Below, in pieces: positions 9,070 to 19,204 of a stretch of 64,000 nt of DNA. The position numbers were made by a program, and so were the translations under genes. Each line of letters begins with the position of its first letter. Position 1 is the first letter of the stretch. Origin of the DNA: Paramoeba atlantica (taxonomy: Eukaryota > Protista > Discosea); the NCBI GenBank assembly GCA_977017575.1, contig CDRNVI010000056.1, forward strand, positions 384,884 to 448,883, written 5' to 3'. The notes beneath the pieces were generated by a model. That model was not told where the DNA came from, did not search any database, and saw only the letters and a program-made list of their open reading frames with translations.

Positions 9070-10077
9070 TATGTTTCAGGTCGAGGGTGAAAATTTTCCT
9101 CCCCCCAAAAAAAAGCGCAGCGCTTCGCGGCGCAATTCTTTCTATCATGTGGTTTTGAGTGCCTAAGCGCTGTAAATGTTTGTGAAATATTAATTCGTGA
9201 ACAAATTTCGAAATGGCGAGCTGTATTCCGCATGTTTCCATAACGAAAAAGATGTTTTCACCTTTTTTGCATTAACACGACTTTTGTTGACACAACTTTT
9301 GTTGCCTCGACTTTTGTTGCGAAAACTTTTTTCCCCCCAGTAGGGGAGAAGAAAGATCAACGCACTCATGAGCCAAAAAAGGTCTTTGCCCACCAAAAAA
9401 GCGTACCCCAGTAACAAGGATTCTAGTAGTCCATCCTAGTAGTCCAACAAGGATTCTAGAGTCCAAAATGAGGGAGTTGCTATGCTCTGTCCATGGTATC
9501 ATGTTCAGGGGAACAGCAACTCCCCATTATCCCGGCGTAGTAACCACGCCTTGGCTTGCCTGGCACTACGATTGCCGAAAAAAAAAATCGGTTCATTTCG
9601 CAGCCCAGTCGCTTCCCACTTAAGGGGCCCGTTCCCACAACCGAGTGATCTCCCCGGCAGCACGGTTTTACCCATGCGTTGAGAAGGCTGGGGTGTGAGA
9701 CCAGGGTGCATTAGTAGAAAATTTTCGGAGGAAGAAATACGAAGGAGATTTTACTGTATAAGGGAGTTTGAGTGCAATAGGAAAAAAAGGGGGTTGGCTT
9801 AAATGTTTTGGTATCGACTCATACCAATTACTCTAAATTCGTTCATGATAAGATTTAAACCAGGTGACGGTTAAGTGTTTATTAGGAACCATAAGTCTGG
9901 ACATTTGGAACAGGGCCCGCGGTCGGAGTTTGGCTACTCCCCATTCCTGCTCAAGGGGTAGGAACAGGTTTCCTCGACAACACGTCGCCGTCCGGAGTCT
10001 TTCCGTCTGGAGACGCGTTGTTAAGTCCAAACCTTGTTGACGCAACCAGTGTGTATAAAACTGTTCTGTATATTATG

Positions 10078-10168
10078 CTCTTCGTTAAACTCGGTGGTTG
10101 TCTTCAACTTAAAAGTCACTCATGCTGCGCGCTTCGCGTTGAAAACTACCACCGCGTTTAACGAAGAC
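10078..10168. repeat. Palindromic ~90-bp interspersed element, copy 2
   Basis: 31-bp inverted arms matching at 27/31 (10078-10108 vs 10138-10168). Confidence 0.75.
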
Positions 10169-10683
10169 CCTAAAAAAGAAAAATCTCCAAAAGATCATGA
10201 ATAATCTACTTTTTTTGGGGGAAAAAGCTTGACTTTTCGGCAAAAATTGCGAAATTTTACACCAAATTTGGTCCGTTTTGGATGCCTTACCAGTAGGGGC
10301 AGGAGGCAAATCTGACGAAAAAAACGTCGTAGAATAGTAGGTGAGGTCCTAAACTCTCCAAATACGGTTTAGAAGTCGATTTCGGAAAAATAAATATTTA
10401 CTTTTTTCCGGGTCAAAAGAAATTTGTTTTGGTCATCCCAAAAATTTCAGAATTTTTGACCTTTTCGGACCCCTCCAGCGCGTACCAGGGTACCCTCAGG
10501 TGGGGGGAATCGTTTTTTTAATTTATTACATTTTTACCAGCGAAGACATGAAAATAGAGGAGCCCCGGCGCCGCGAAGCGGCGCCAATTTTTTTTTGCAC
10601 TATTTTCGTTGTTTTTCGGAATTTTTATTGTACCTGTAGCTACGTATTGTACCTGTAGCTAGTTATTGTACCGGTGGGGTACA

Positions 10684-11175
10684 TTAACCCGGACGGGGGT
10701 TTAGTTGGCCTCTTCGGGCTTCACAGATTCGACAAAGATTTTTGAGATGACCGGAGATTGTACCAATTAACCCTTGTAAAGGGCTTAAATTCTCCTTTTC
10801 TGCCTCACATCCTTTGCTCACCGTGGGAATTTCTTTTTCAGCCTCCATCTTGTCAAGAGTGTGCTTCCGTTGTTTCAAGATGGAGGCTGTTCGCAGTAAA
10901 ATGTTTCCTGTGATTTGGTCATGATCATAATTTCCTTTCTCTATGAGTTCGACAACTTTTAATTTTGGTAACTCAGCCACCGTTTCTCCAATATCTTTCA
11001 ACACAGCTGAAGGATAGTCTAGATCTTGAGGCCATTTCTCTTGCATTGCAGTGAAAAAGGGAATCCTAACCTTTTTGTCTTTAATCTTCAATGTAGTGTA
11101 CTTCATAATGAGTCCCAATTCATCTTTCAAAGCCTTGGATAGCACGACATTAACTGTAGCTTCTGTGGAGGCCAT
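10684..11175 (-). CDS. Hypothetical protein (ATG at 11175; ORF track start 11229)
   Basis: 163-codon non-repetitive open frame with protein-like composition; no recognised motif. Confidence 0.4.
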   Translation of the reverse strand: MASTEATVNVVLSKALKDELGLIMKYTTLKIKDKKVRIPFFTAMQEKWPQDLDYPSAVLKDIGETVAELPKLKVVELIEKGNYDHDQITGNILLRTASILKQRKHTLDKMEAEKEIPTVSKGCEAEKENLSPLQGLIGTISGHLKNLCRICEARRGQLNPRPG

Positions 11176-11326
11176 GAGCAAAATAAAGGACACAGTAAGA
11201 AAGGTGTCGGTAAGCTCCATGCATATCAATCAAAACTCATTTTTTTCCCCTTGAACGCTAACAGCTCAATGAAAATTACAATTGAAAAACTTATATTTGC
11301 CTATCTAATCTTTGCCTTCAAGTTTC

Positions 11327-12232
11327 ATGTCCCCAAGACTTCTTTCTGGGGTTGTGAAATCGAGTGACACTCAACCCCCTATAAGTTCATCTCGACGTGG
11401 CAAAGTTCGTGGCGCTATTCTCCCACAACACGTGATGATGCGTCGATTTGTTTCTGAAATGGAAATTCCGCAATTTGCTGAGCGCGACGATGTCTGCACT
11501 TGGGAAGGTGTTACTTGTAACGACCATGGTGAGGTTAAGGGGATTGATTGGTCGTATAAAATTATGTTTGGAAACCTTAAGATTATGGTAGGAAATCTTA
11601 CCTGGGAGTGTTTACCCTCGACCGTTTCAAGACTTAATTTATCGAGCAACCGTCTCTCTGGAGAGCTCCCCACACGAGTGTTACCTTCAGTCTTGGAATA
11701 TTTGAATATACAAGAGAATGGATTCCTTGGACCTTTTGACGCAACGGAACTTCCAAACAAACTAAGAAAATTTTTCTCTGCAGACACAAACTTTTCAGGG
11801 ATTCTAGACTTATCATCACTGCCTCCTGTTATAAATGCGTTTTCCGTTGTGAACAATATGTTTGCAGGACATATCGATCTCACGTGCCTTCCGTCATCTT
11901 TGCGAAGTTTGTACCTGCAAGAAAACTCTTTTAGTGGTCCCATTGATTTGACGAAGCTTCCACACAGAATGGACATCTTGTCGCTTCACCAAAACAATCT
12001 TATAGGCAATCTTGATCTGCGATGCCTTCCGACAACACTGAGGAGACTTGATCTCAATTCAAACTGCTTTTCTGGTGAGCTTTACGTGAACACACTACCC
12101 GATTCGGTGACTGAAGTAAATATTCGTGAAAATAATGGCAACCTGTTGTTACCTTCACCATTGCCGAGCAATATTAAAATGGGGGTCATTTCGAATAAAA
12201 TAGTTTGCAATCCAGAATGGAGCTCTAATTAG
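11327..12232 (+). CDS. LRR protein paralog 4 (first ATG 11327)
   Basis: GKVRGAILPQH...VCTWEGVTC cap and 23-aa LRRs (LRSLYLQENSFSGPIDLTKLPHR). Confidence 0.88.
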   Translation: MSPRLLSGVVKSSDTQPPISSSRRGKVRGAILPQHVMMRRFVSEMEIPQFAERDDVCTWEGVTCNDHGEVKGIDWSYKIMFGNLKIMVGNLTWECLPSTVSRLNLSSNRLSGELPTRVLPSVLEYLNIQENGFLGPFDATELPNKLRKFFSADTNFSGILDLSSLPPVINAFSVVNNMFAGHIDLTCLPSSLRSLYLQENSFSGPIDLTKLPHRMDILSLHQNNLIGNLDLRCLPTTLRRLDLNSNCFSGELYVNTLPDSVTEVNIRENNGNLLLPSPLPSNIKMGVISNKIVCNPEWSSN

Positions 12233-12284
12233 TGGTCATCTTCATGTTTTTTGTTATTGATTTTATCTACACTCAAAACAATTA

Positions 12285-12989
12285 CTCCCTCTCTCATTAA
12301 TTTTTATAAATGGATTTCGTGTTATAAAAATTTAGTTTGTGCGGGATCATTAATTTTTATAAATCAGAAATTAATCGAACGCTATTTCTTAATTTTTTTC
12401 TAAGCCAAAGAATTTTTTCTTTTATTCTACTTAAGATGGATTATTTTGTGAACGTGGATGGACGCCCTTCGAAGAAATTTCTTACAGAAAAGCGCAAATG
12501 GTTGATTTATATGCTGCAGGCAGATGGTGAGAAAAAACAAACTTTATTTAGCAATTTATGGGAAGACTATCTCCGTTTAACACGTGCTTGACTCACAGCT
12601 TCAGATAGGTATTGATATTCGTTTATAGTACATTACCTCTATGTGATTTCTTTTGCTTATTTGACTCTCAGCTTCAGATATTGATTCATGAAAAATGCTC
12701 ATGTAGGGGAAAAGACAATCTTTTTGGGGGGGATTTTCTTCCTGAGATGAAGATACTGATTTTTGTAAAACGCGATTCACTGAAAAAAATCAGCATGGGG
12801 AAGCATGGTCGGGACCTACTCGCGGTCTTCCCTGGCACTACCATCTTACAGATCGTACTAACGCCGACCTGTTTTTGGAATAGCGGTCATTTATACGGGA
12901 TTATTAATTTTTATAATTACATATAACAAAGTAGTATAACTCACTTTTTGTTATAATTTATAATTTATAAAAATTAATGAGAGGGAGAG
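12285..12989. mobile_element. 705-bp non-autonomous Tc1/mariner-type (Stowaway-like) MITE
   Basis: 27-bp TIRs matching at 25/27, left TIR beginning CTCCCTC; TA on both flanks (12283-84, 12990-91). Confidence 0.7.
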
Positions 12990-13613
12990 TATTTGTGTAA
13001 GAAAAAACGGGAAATTTTAGTGAATTTTTTATTGTGCAACATTTTTAGAAATGGAAATTTTACTTTTGTTTTTTTGATCCAAATTCTAAACAAGAATTTT
13101 TTAGCCAACTTTGAGTAACAATGAGGGTGAAATAGAGGCCCTTGTCATTGGACACTATGCAGTTGTCCACTGCCATCCAGTGCCATCCAGTGCCATCCAA
13201 AACAGAGATATGAGCGAGGACCGAAGACCTTTTTTTTGATTTGGAGGACCCAAGAACTTTCCATTTCCGCCGGATGTTGTAGGACAAGTGATGGCCATGA
13301 TATGAAAAAGCGTCTAATGTCGGATTCAATTGTACTCATTTTTCAAAAACACGTCTTTTTCTTTGCTTTTGCAAAATAGAATATTTTCTCGGTCTCTTCT
13401 TGTGCGTCCTCTGTCATGTACATGTGCGGACCTGAGTTGAATTTTAAAGTGAAAGCATGATGGGACACACCAAAAACTTTTGAAGATTTTTTGCTTTGTG
13501 ACCGAAAAGAATGTCCTTACGATCACGAGGGTTGGAAAGTTCGTGACTCTGTTTCTAGTATTTGTTGGAGGCGATGTAAGCACGTAAGTTTTAGAAAAAG
13601 ATTGTCTCGACTA

Positions 13614-16387
13614 CTGTGCCCCCCTAGTTATCTGTAACACGTCACCCCCCTAGTTATCTATCACTTTTTGGAACTTCGATTTTTTTTTTCGTCGACCTCA
13701 TAAAATGAAACTTACATTTTTTCTTTTTGTGTTTCAAGCCAATGGTCGTGCGTGGTGCTATTATAAACCGTTTCTGTAATTCCATGTTCTGACTTTTTTT
13801 GTGACAGACACCCTCCCTAGGTATCTGTCGCACACTGATCCGCCTACCGTTACCCCCCCCTTACTTAGCCCCCACTTTTTGGCCCAAAACCCATACTTTG
13901 TGGTGAAGTAAGGGGGGGTGGGGGGGGGGGAAGTAAGGGGGGTGGTGAAGTAAGGGGGTGGTGAAGTAAGGGGGGTGGTGAAGTAAGGGGGGATTATTAA
14001 GTTGTCAAGTTCCTCCAGTAAAATCCTTATCGCCCGTCATGCTCACTTCAGGGTTGAACGAAACTTTCTGTTTCACGCTTGCCATAGTTCGGAAAGATCA
14101 TTGACTTTATAAAATGAATTAAAAGATCATTGACTTCTACAGAAAGTAACTAACATCATGAAAATACGCTACGCCCAAATTTAGTTTCTAATGTGCCGGC
14201 TTAAATATATAAAATAATGACAGAAAATATGATACCTATAGAGGCTTTGCAAGGCACTAAGTAGAACCACAGAAAAACTTAGATACGACGAATATTAAAA
14301 ACGGTGCTGTGGACGTAAAACGCTGGGGAAGGTGAGGTGCGCTAAGCCCCAACACTGCCGAAAATATATGCAGTGGCCCTGACCTGCGGCCATCGTTAGT
14401 GCTTTGCGCAGAAATTGTCACTCTCTTCCCCCTTTTCTTCAATTGCACACATGTGATGAAATTTCGTTAAACACCCAGGTTCACTACACTCGCGTAGAGT
14501 TAAATTCACTCGCGTGCAATAATAACACTCCTGTACTGGGGTTGCGTTAAGCGCTGAGTTCCTGTTACGCGCTGACTCTATCGCGGACTTCATGGCTTTC
14601 GCTGCGATTGTGGGACTAATTCGATTTTTTATAGGAACGCGCGTTGGCAGACGAGGGACCTGATTTGGTTCAAGAGATTCCTCGACAATGCTCAGTTGTG
14701 ATACGCGTGAAGCGATGGCTGATGCATCCACCATCGATTCCGTGATAACGCTTGAGGAGAGTCTGAGCTCGGCTCTGGATTCTATGGGAATCTGTGCGAG
14801 ATTTTTGGTAAGTGCTGGAACAAGCAACTTATTAAATTCGATTTCGTATTCTTCTGAATTCACTTTTGCCAGAGCCTGGGTGGCAAATTTTGTTATAAGA
14901 CTTCGCGTCGGCCGGACAATTTCATGATGCGTCGACGCACGCCATGAGGCAAAACACTCCTTGTAGTACTTTTTAAAAGGCTGGTTGATGGCCATATCCA
15001 TGAGCTGTCCTTTGGAAGTGCAACCTCCTGGAACGAATTGAACATCGATTTTTCTCTCACGAAAGAACAATAATAATTCCGCTGTCCGATGAGCAGCGTA
15101 CAGATCCAAAATAATAAGTGTCTTCCGCGGACGATACTTCATTCTGTCAAAGAATTCCGCTTCAGCCCATTTTTTAAATGACTCTCCTGTGTTCCACCCG
15201 CTTGTCGTTGTTGCCGTACAATTGTACTTTTCTGCCGCCCGTAGCACCTCTTTGGAAACCTTCCCAGAATCTGAATGGGCTTCCCAAATTAAGTGCGGAG
15301 GAAACACCTTATGCTCCCACGTGCTTTCTGCATGTTGGTTCGTAACAGAGCGGCCCCAAAACCACGCAGTCAGTGTCTTCTTCTCCTTCCCTGTAGTTAA
15401 AACCTTTACACGCTTTGTCCCTTTAGTGTCGTATGTGATTTCATTGACGGGCTCCCACACAACACAGGTCTCAGACCACAATTTCGCAGAGCTATCATAT
15501 TCAAAAAGGCTTCTATACGCTCGTCCATGTCTTTTGGGACCATTTGGGTTGCTCCATTGACTCTTCGTCGCGAAATATTGGCGAAGGTGCAAAAACGAAT
15601 CCAAAATTTTTCTTTTCCTTTGTCGGTAAGGGAACAGAAGTGCTCTGAAATTACAGCAAAGTACCCCAACATTGTCGGTTTCGTGACTGCCGAAAGAGAC
15701 TCGCGTAGCAAAAGCAGTTGCGTCAACCCTTTTTCATATAATTCTTTATTTGCTCGGGGGGGATGATACTGAAACAATTTCCCGAAGCCAAGTTGAGTAA
15801 ATTTATGCCAATCTTCTTTTTTCCGATAAACTCTATGAACCGTGCTTACCTCGACCTTGTAATCTCGGGCGGCCACGCTTACAGACTTGCCGGCATCTAT
15901 ACTAGCACATAGGTTGTTTTTTTGCTGTATGGTAAGATCCACCCGAACCTTCCGCGGCTGCTCAGCAAGCTGGTTAGATGCATTCAATATTAATGTGGTG
16001 GATGGCGTAGCTGAAGTATCATCGGGGAAGGGCAGTACGGCAACAGTTTCGTGTGGCAACGGTGAGGATAGAGTCACTTGGCTCGCGTTAAAGAATAGAA
16101 GTGGTGGGGCCATCGTGTATTGAATAAATATTGAAATCAATGAAAATTTACAGTTTCTGACCTGGGTTAACTATCATCACAGAGTAGGAATCGGGGGAAA
16201 ATTCTGGCACCCCCCTTACTTCACCACATACGGAGTGGCTAAATGTGGTGAAGTAAGGGGGGAGGTGAAGTAAGGGGGGAGGTGAAGTAAAGGGGGGTAA
16301 CGGTAGTTATCTGTCACACCCCTACCCCCCCTAGTTATCTGTCACCTTTTCGCGAAAAGTAGTGACAGATAAGTAGGGGGGGTACAG
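13614..16387 (-). mobile_element. pogo-family DNA transposon, full length, defective transposase
   Basis: TIRs CTGT(G/A)CCCCCC(C)TA(G/C)TTATCTGT with TA flanks (13612-13, 16388-89); subterminal GTGGTGAAGTAAGGGGGG repeats at both ends; transposase inside. Confidence 0.88.
14396..16140 (-). pseudogene. pogo/Tigger-like transposase (CENP-B-type HTH + DDE_1, D35D, C-terminal Cys/His finger), frameshifted near 15470-15500
   Basis: ORF 15406-16140 holds the HTH region and NISRRR...IEAFL. ORF 14396-15604 holds TTGKEK, LIILDLYAAH, 35-residue spacing to QLMD, and CYYC...CSEPGC...HHMC. The first catalytic D position reads WSET instead of MDET. Confidence 0.85.
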
Positions 16388-16920
16388 TACTTCCTTACTT
16401 TCATTCAGATGTGCGCAAACCGTCCCACAAATTTTAGTTTTGGGTACTTGTAGTACACAAGTACATAAAAATTAGTCATCCAGTGCCATCCGCTGCCATC
16501 CAGTGCCATCCAAATCTTCATAGTGTCCATTTATACCCATGATGATCGGGATACCGAACACCATGATCCTCTGTACAAAACTTTGTGCAATAAAAATATT
16601 CGTGACTTTTTATTACGCAACAATTTCAAATGTTGCACAACGTCAGGGCACCAAATCCGACATTTTCGTGTGCGCACATAAGATGTGCACATAATCCTAC
16701 AGAACATAACCGGTGTTGAATGCGATCCTATCCGCACTACTCTTGCGACAGCTAAGGACCCCTTTGGGTCCGCAAATTACTTTTACGCATTTTTTATTCA
16801 TACAGGGTGATCAGCTAACTCTGGCGGGGGTCTAAGATTTGTGAACGTGTTTAACAATTTGCGATTTTTTTTGCTTCATTTCCTTTGCTCATTTATGCCA
16901 CAAAGACAGGTGCATTCACG

Positions 16921-19115
16921 TTTTTCGTAAACCCCATCGTCTTTGGTAAGACCATCGTTTTTAGTAATTATCGTTTTTGGTAAGACTATTGCTTTTGGTA
17001 AGACCATCGCTTTGGTAAAACCATCGTCTTTTGCAGGAATATCATCTTTTGTAAGACCATCGCTTTTGGTAGGACCATCACTTTTTATAAGAGCATCCTT
17101 TTTGGTACGCCCATCGTTTTTGGTAAGACCATCGTTTTTGGTAAGACCTTTTTTGGTAAGACCATCGTTTTTGGTAAGACCATCGTTTTTTGTAAGACCA
17201 TCGCTTTTGGTAAACCATCGTTTTTGGTAAGATCATCGCTTTTGGTAAGACCATTGTTTTTGGTAAGACCATCGTTTTTCGTAAGCCCATCGTTTTTTGC
17301 AAGACCATCGTTTTTGGTAACACCATCGTTTTTTGTAAGACCATCGTTTTTGGTAAACCATCGTTTTTGGTAAGACCATCGTTTTTGGCAAGACCATCGG
17401 TTTTGGTAAGACCATCGTTTTTGGTAAACCATAGTTTTTGATAAGACCATCGTTTTTGGTAAGATCATCGCTTTTGGTAAGACCATTGTTTTTGGTAAGA
17501 CCATCGTTTTTCGTAAGCCCATCGTTTTTTGCAAGACCATCGTTTTTGGTAACACCATCGTTTTTTGTAAGACCATCGTTTTTGGTAAACCATCGTTTTT
17601 GGTAAGACCATCGTTTTTGGCAAGACCATCGGTTTTGGTAAGACCATCGTTTTTGGTAAACCATAGTTTTTGATAAGACCATCGTTTTTGGTAAACCATG
17701 GTTTTTGATAAGACCATCGTTTTTGGTAAGACCATTTTTTTTTGGTAAGACCATCGTTCTTGGTAACACCATCGTTTTTTGTAAGACCATCGTTTTTTGT
17801 AAGACCATCGTTTTTGGTAAGACCTTCGTTTTTAGTAAGCATCGTTTTTGTTAAGACCATTCCTTTTGGTAACACCATCGTTTTTGGTAAGATCATCGCT
17901 TTTGGTAAACCATCGTTTTAGGTAGGATTATCGGTTTTGGTAAGACCATCGTTTTTGGTAAGACCATCGTTTTTCGTAAGCCCATCGTTTTTTGCAAGAC
18001 CATCGTTTTTGGTAACACCATCGTTTTTTGTAAGACCATCGTTTTTGGTAACACCATCGTTTTTTGTAAGACCATCGCTTTTGGTAAACCATCGTTTTTG
18101 GTAAGATCATCGCTTTTGGTAAGACCATCGTTTTTGGTAAGACCATCGTTTTTCGTAGGCCCATCGTTTTTTGCAAGACCATCGTTTTTGGTAACACCAT
18201 CGTTTTTTGTAAGACCATCGTTTTTTGCAAGACCATCGTTTTTGGTAACACCATCGTTTTTAGTAAGCATCGTTTTTGGTAACACCATCGTTTTTTGTAA
18301 GACCATCGTTTTTGGTAAACCATCGTTTTTGGTAAGACCATCGTTTTTGGTAACACCATCGGTTTTGGTAAGACCATCGTTTTTGGTAAACCATAGTTTT
18401 TGGTAAGACCATCGTTTTTGGTAAACCATCGTTTTTGATAAGGCCATCGTTTTTGGTAAGACCATCGTTTTTGGTAAGACCATCGTTTTTGGTAAGACCA
18501 TCGTTCTTGGTAACACCATCGTTTTTTGTAAGACCATCGTTTTTTGTAAGACCATCGTTTTTGGTAAGACCATCGTTTTTAGTAAGCATCGTTTTTGGTA
18601 AGACCATCGTTTTTAGTAAGGATCGTTTTTGTTAAGACCATTCCTTTTGGTAACACCATCGTTTTTGGTAAGACCATCGTTTTTGGTAAGACCATCGTTT
18701 TTGGTAAGATCATCGGTTTTGGTAACACCATCGTTTTTGGTAAGACCATCGTTTTTTGTAAGACCATCGTTTTTGGTAAGACCATCGTTTTAATAAGCAT
18801 CGTTTTTGGTAAGACCATCGTTTTTGGTAAACCATCGTTTTTCGTAAGCCCATCATTTTTGGTAACATCATCGTTTTTTGTAAAACCATCGTTTTTGGTA
18901 AACCATCGTTTTTGGTAAGACCATCGTTTTTGGTAAGACCATCGTTTTTGGTAAACCATCGTTTTTTGCAAGACCATCGTTTTTGGTAACACCATCGTTT
19001 TTGGTAAGCCCATCGTTTTTGGTAAAACCAACGCTTTTTATAAGACCATCGTTTTTGGTAAGACCATTGCTGTTGAGAAGCCATCGTTTTTCGTAACATC
19101 ATCTTTTTTGGTAGG
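16921..19115. repeat. 18-bp satellite (GACCATCGTTTTTGGTAA)n with 17-bp variants and higher-order repeats
   Basis: About 2.2 kb of tandem units; a 232-bp block is duplicated (17231 vs 17463). Confidence 0.97.
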
Positions 19116-19141
19116 CCGCTGTGAGCACACAATCGACGGAA

Positions 19142-19204
19142 GCGTCCATACCCAAGTGGTTAAGGGGCCTGACTTGAAATCAGGTGTGTTCTCACGCGCA
19201 GGTT
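19142..19204 (+). pseudogene. Truncated tRNA-Ser(TGA) at the left array border
   Basis: Identical to array tRNA up to GCAGGTT, then a partial duplication of TGTGTTCTCACGCGCAGG; 3' T arm and acceptor strand are missing. Confidence 0.9.

Noticed and set aside
9818-10067. Two exact kinetoplastid SL fragments on the minus strand in the correct order (AGAACAGTTT and ATTGGTATGAG)
   Set aside because: They are ~230 nt apart instead of 9; 10-11-mer matches chosen after the fact are expected in this much sequence.
12800-12870. Second 5S-like stretch on the minus strand (GTTAGTAC...GATGG...CCAGGGAAGACC)
   Set aside because: No A box or 5' half, wrong spacing, and it lies inside a MITE; probably chance.
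16943-19132. ORFs such as (LPKTMV)n and (TKNDGL)n; possible CRISPR
   Set aside because: Translations of the 18-bp satellite; no unique spacers and no cas genes.
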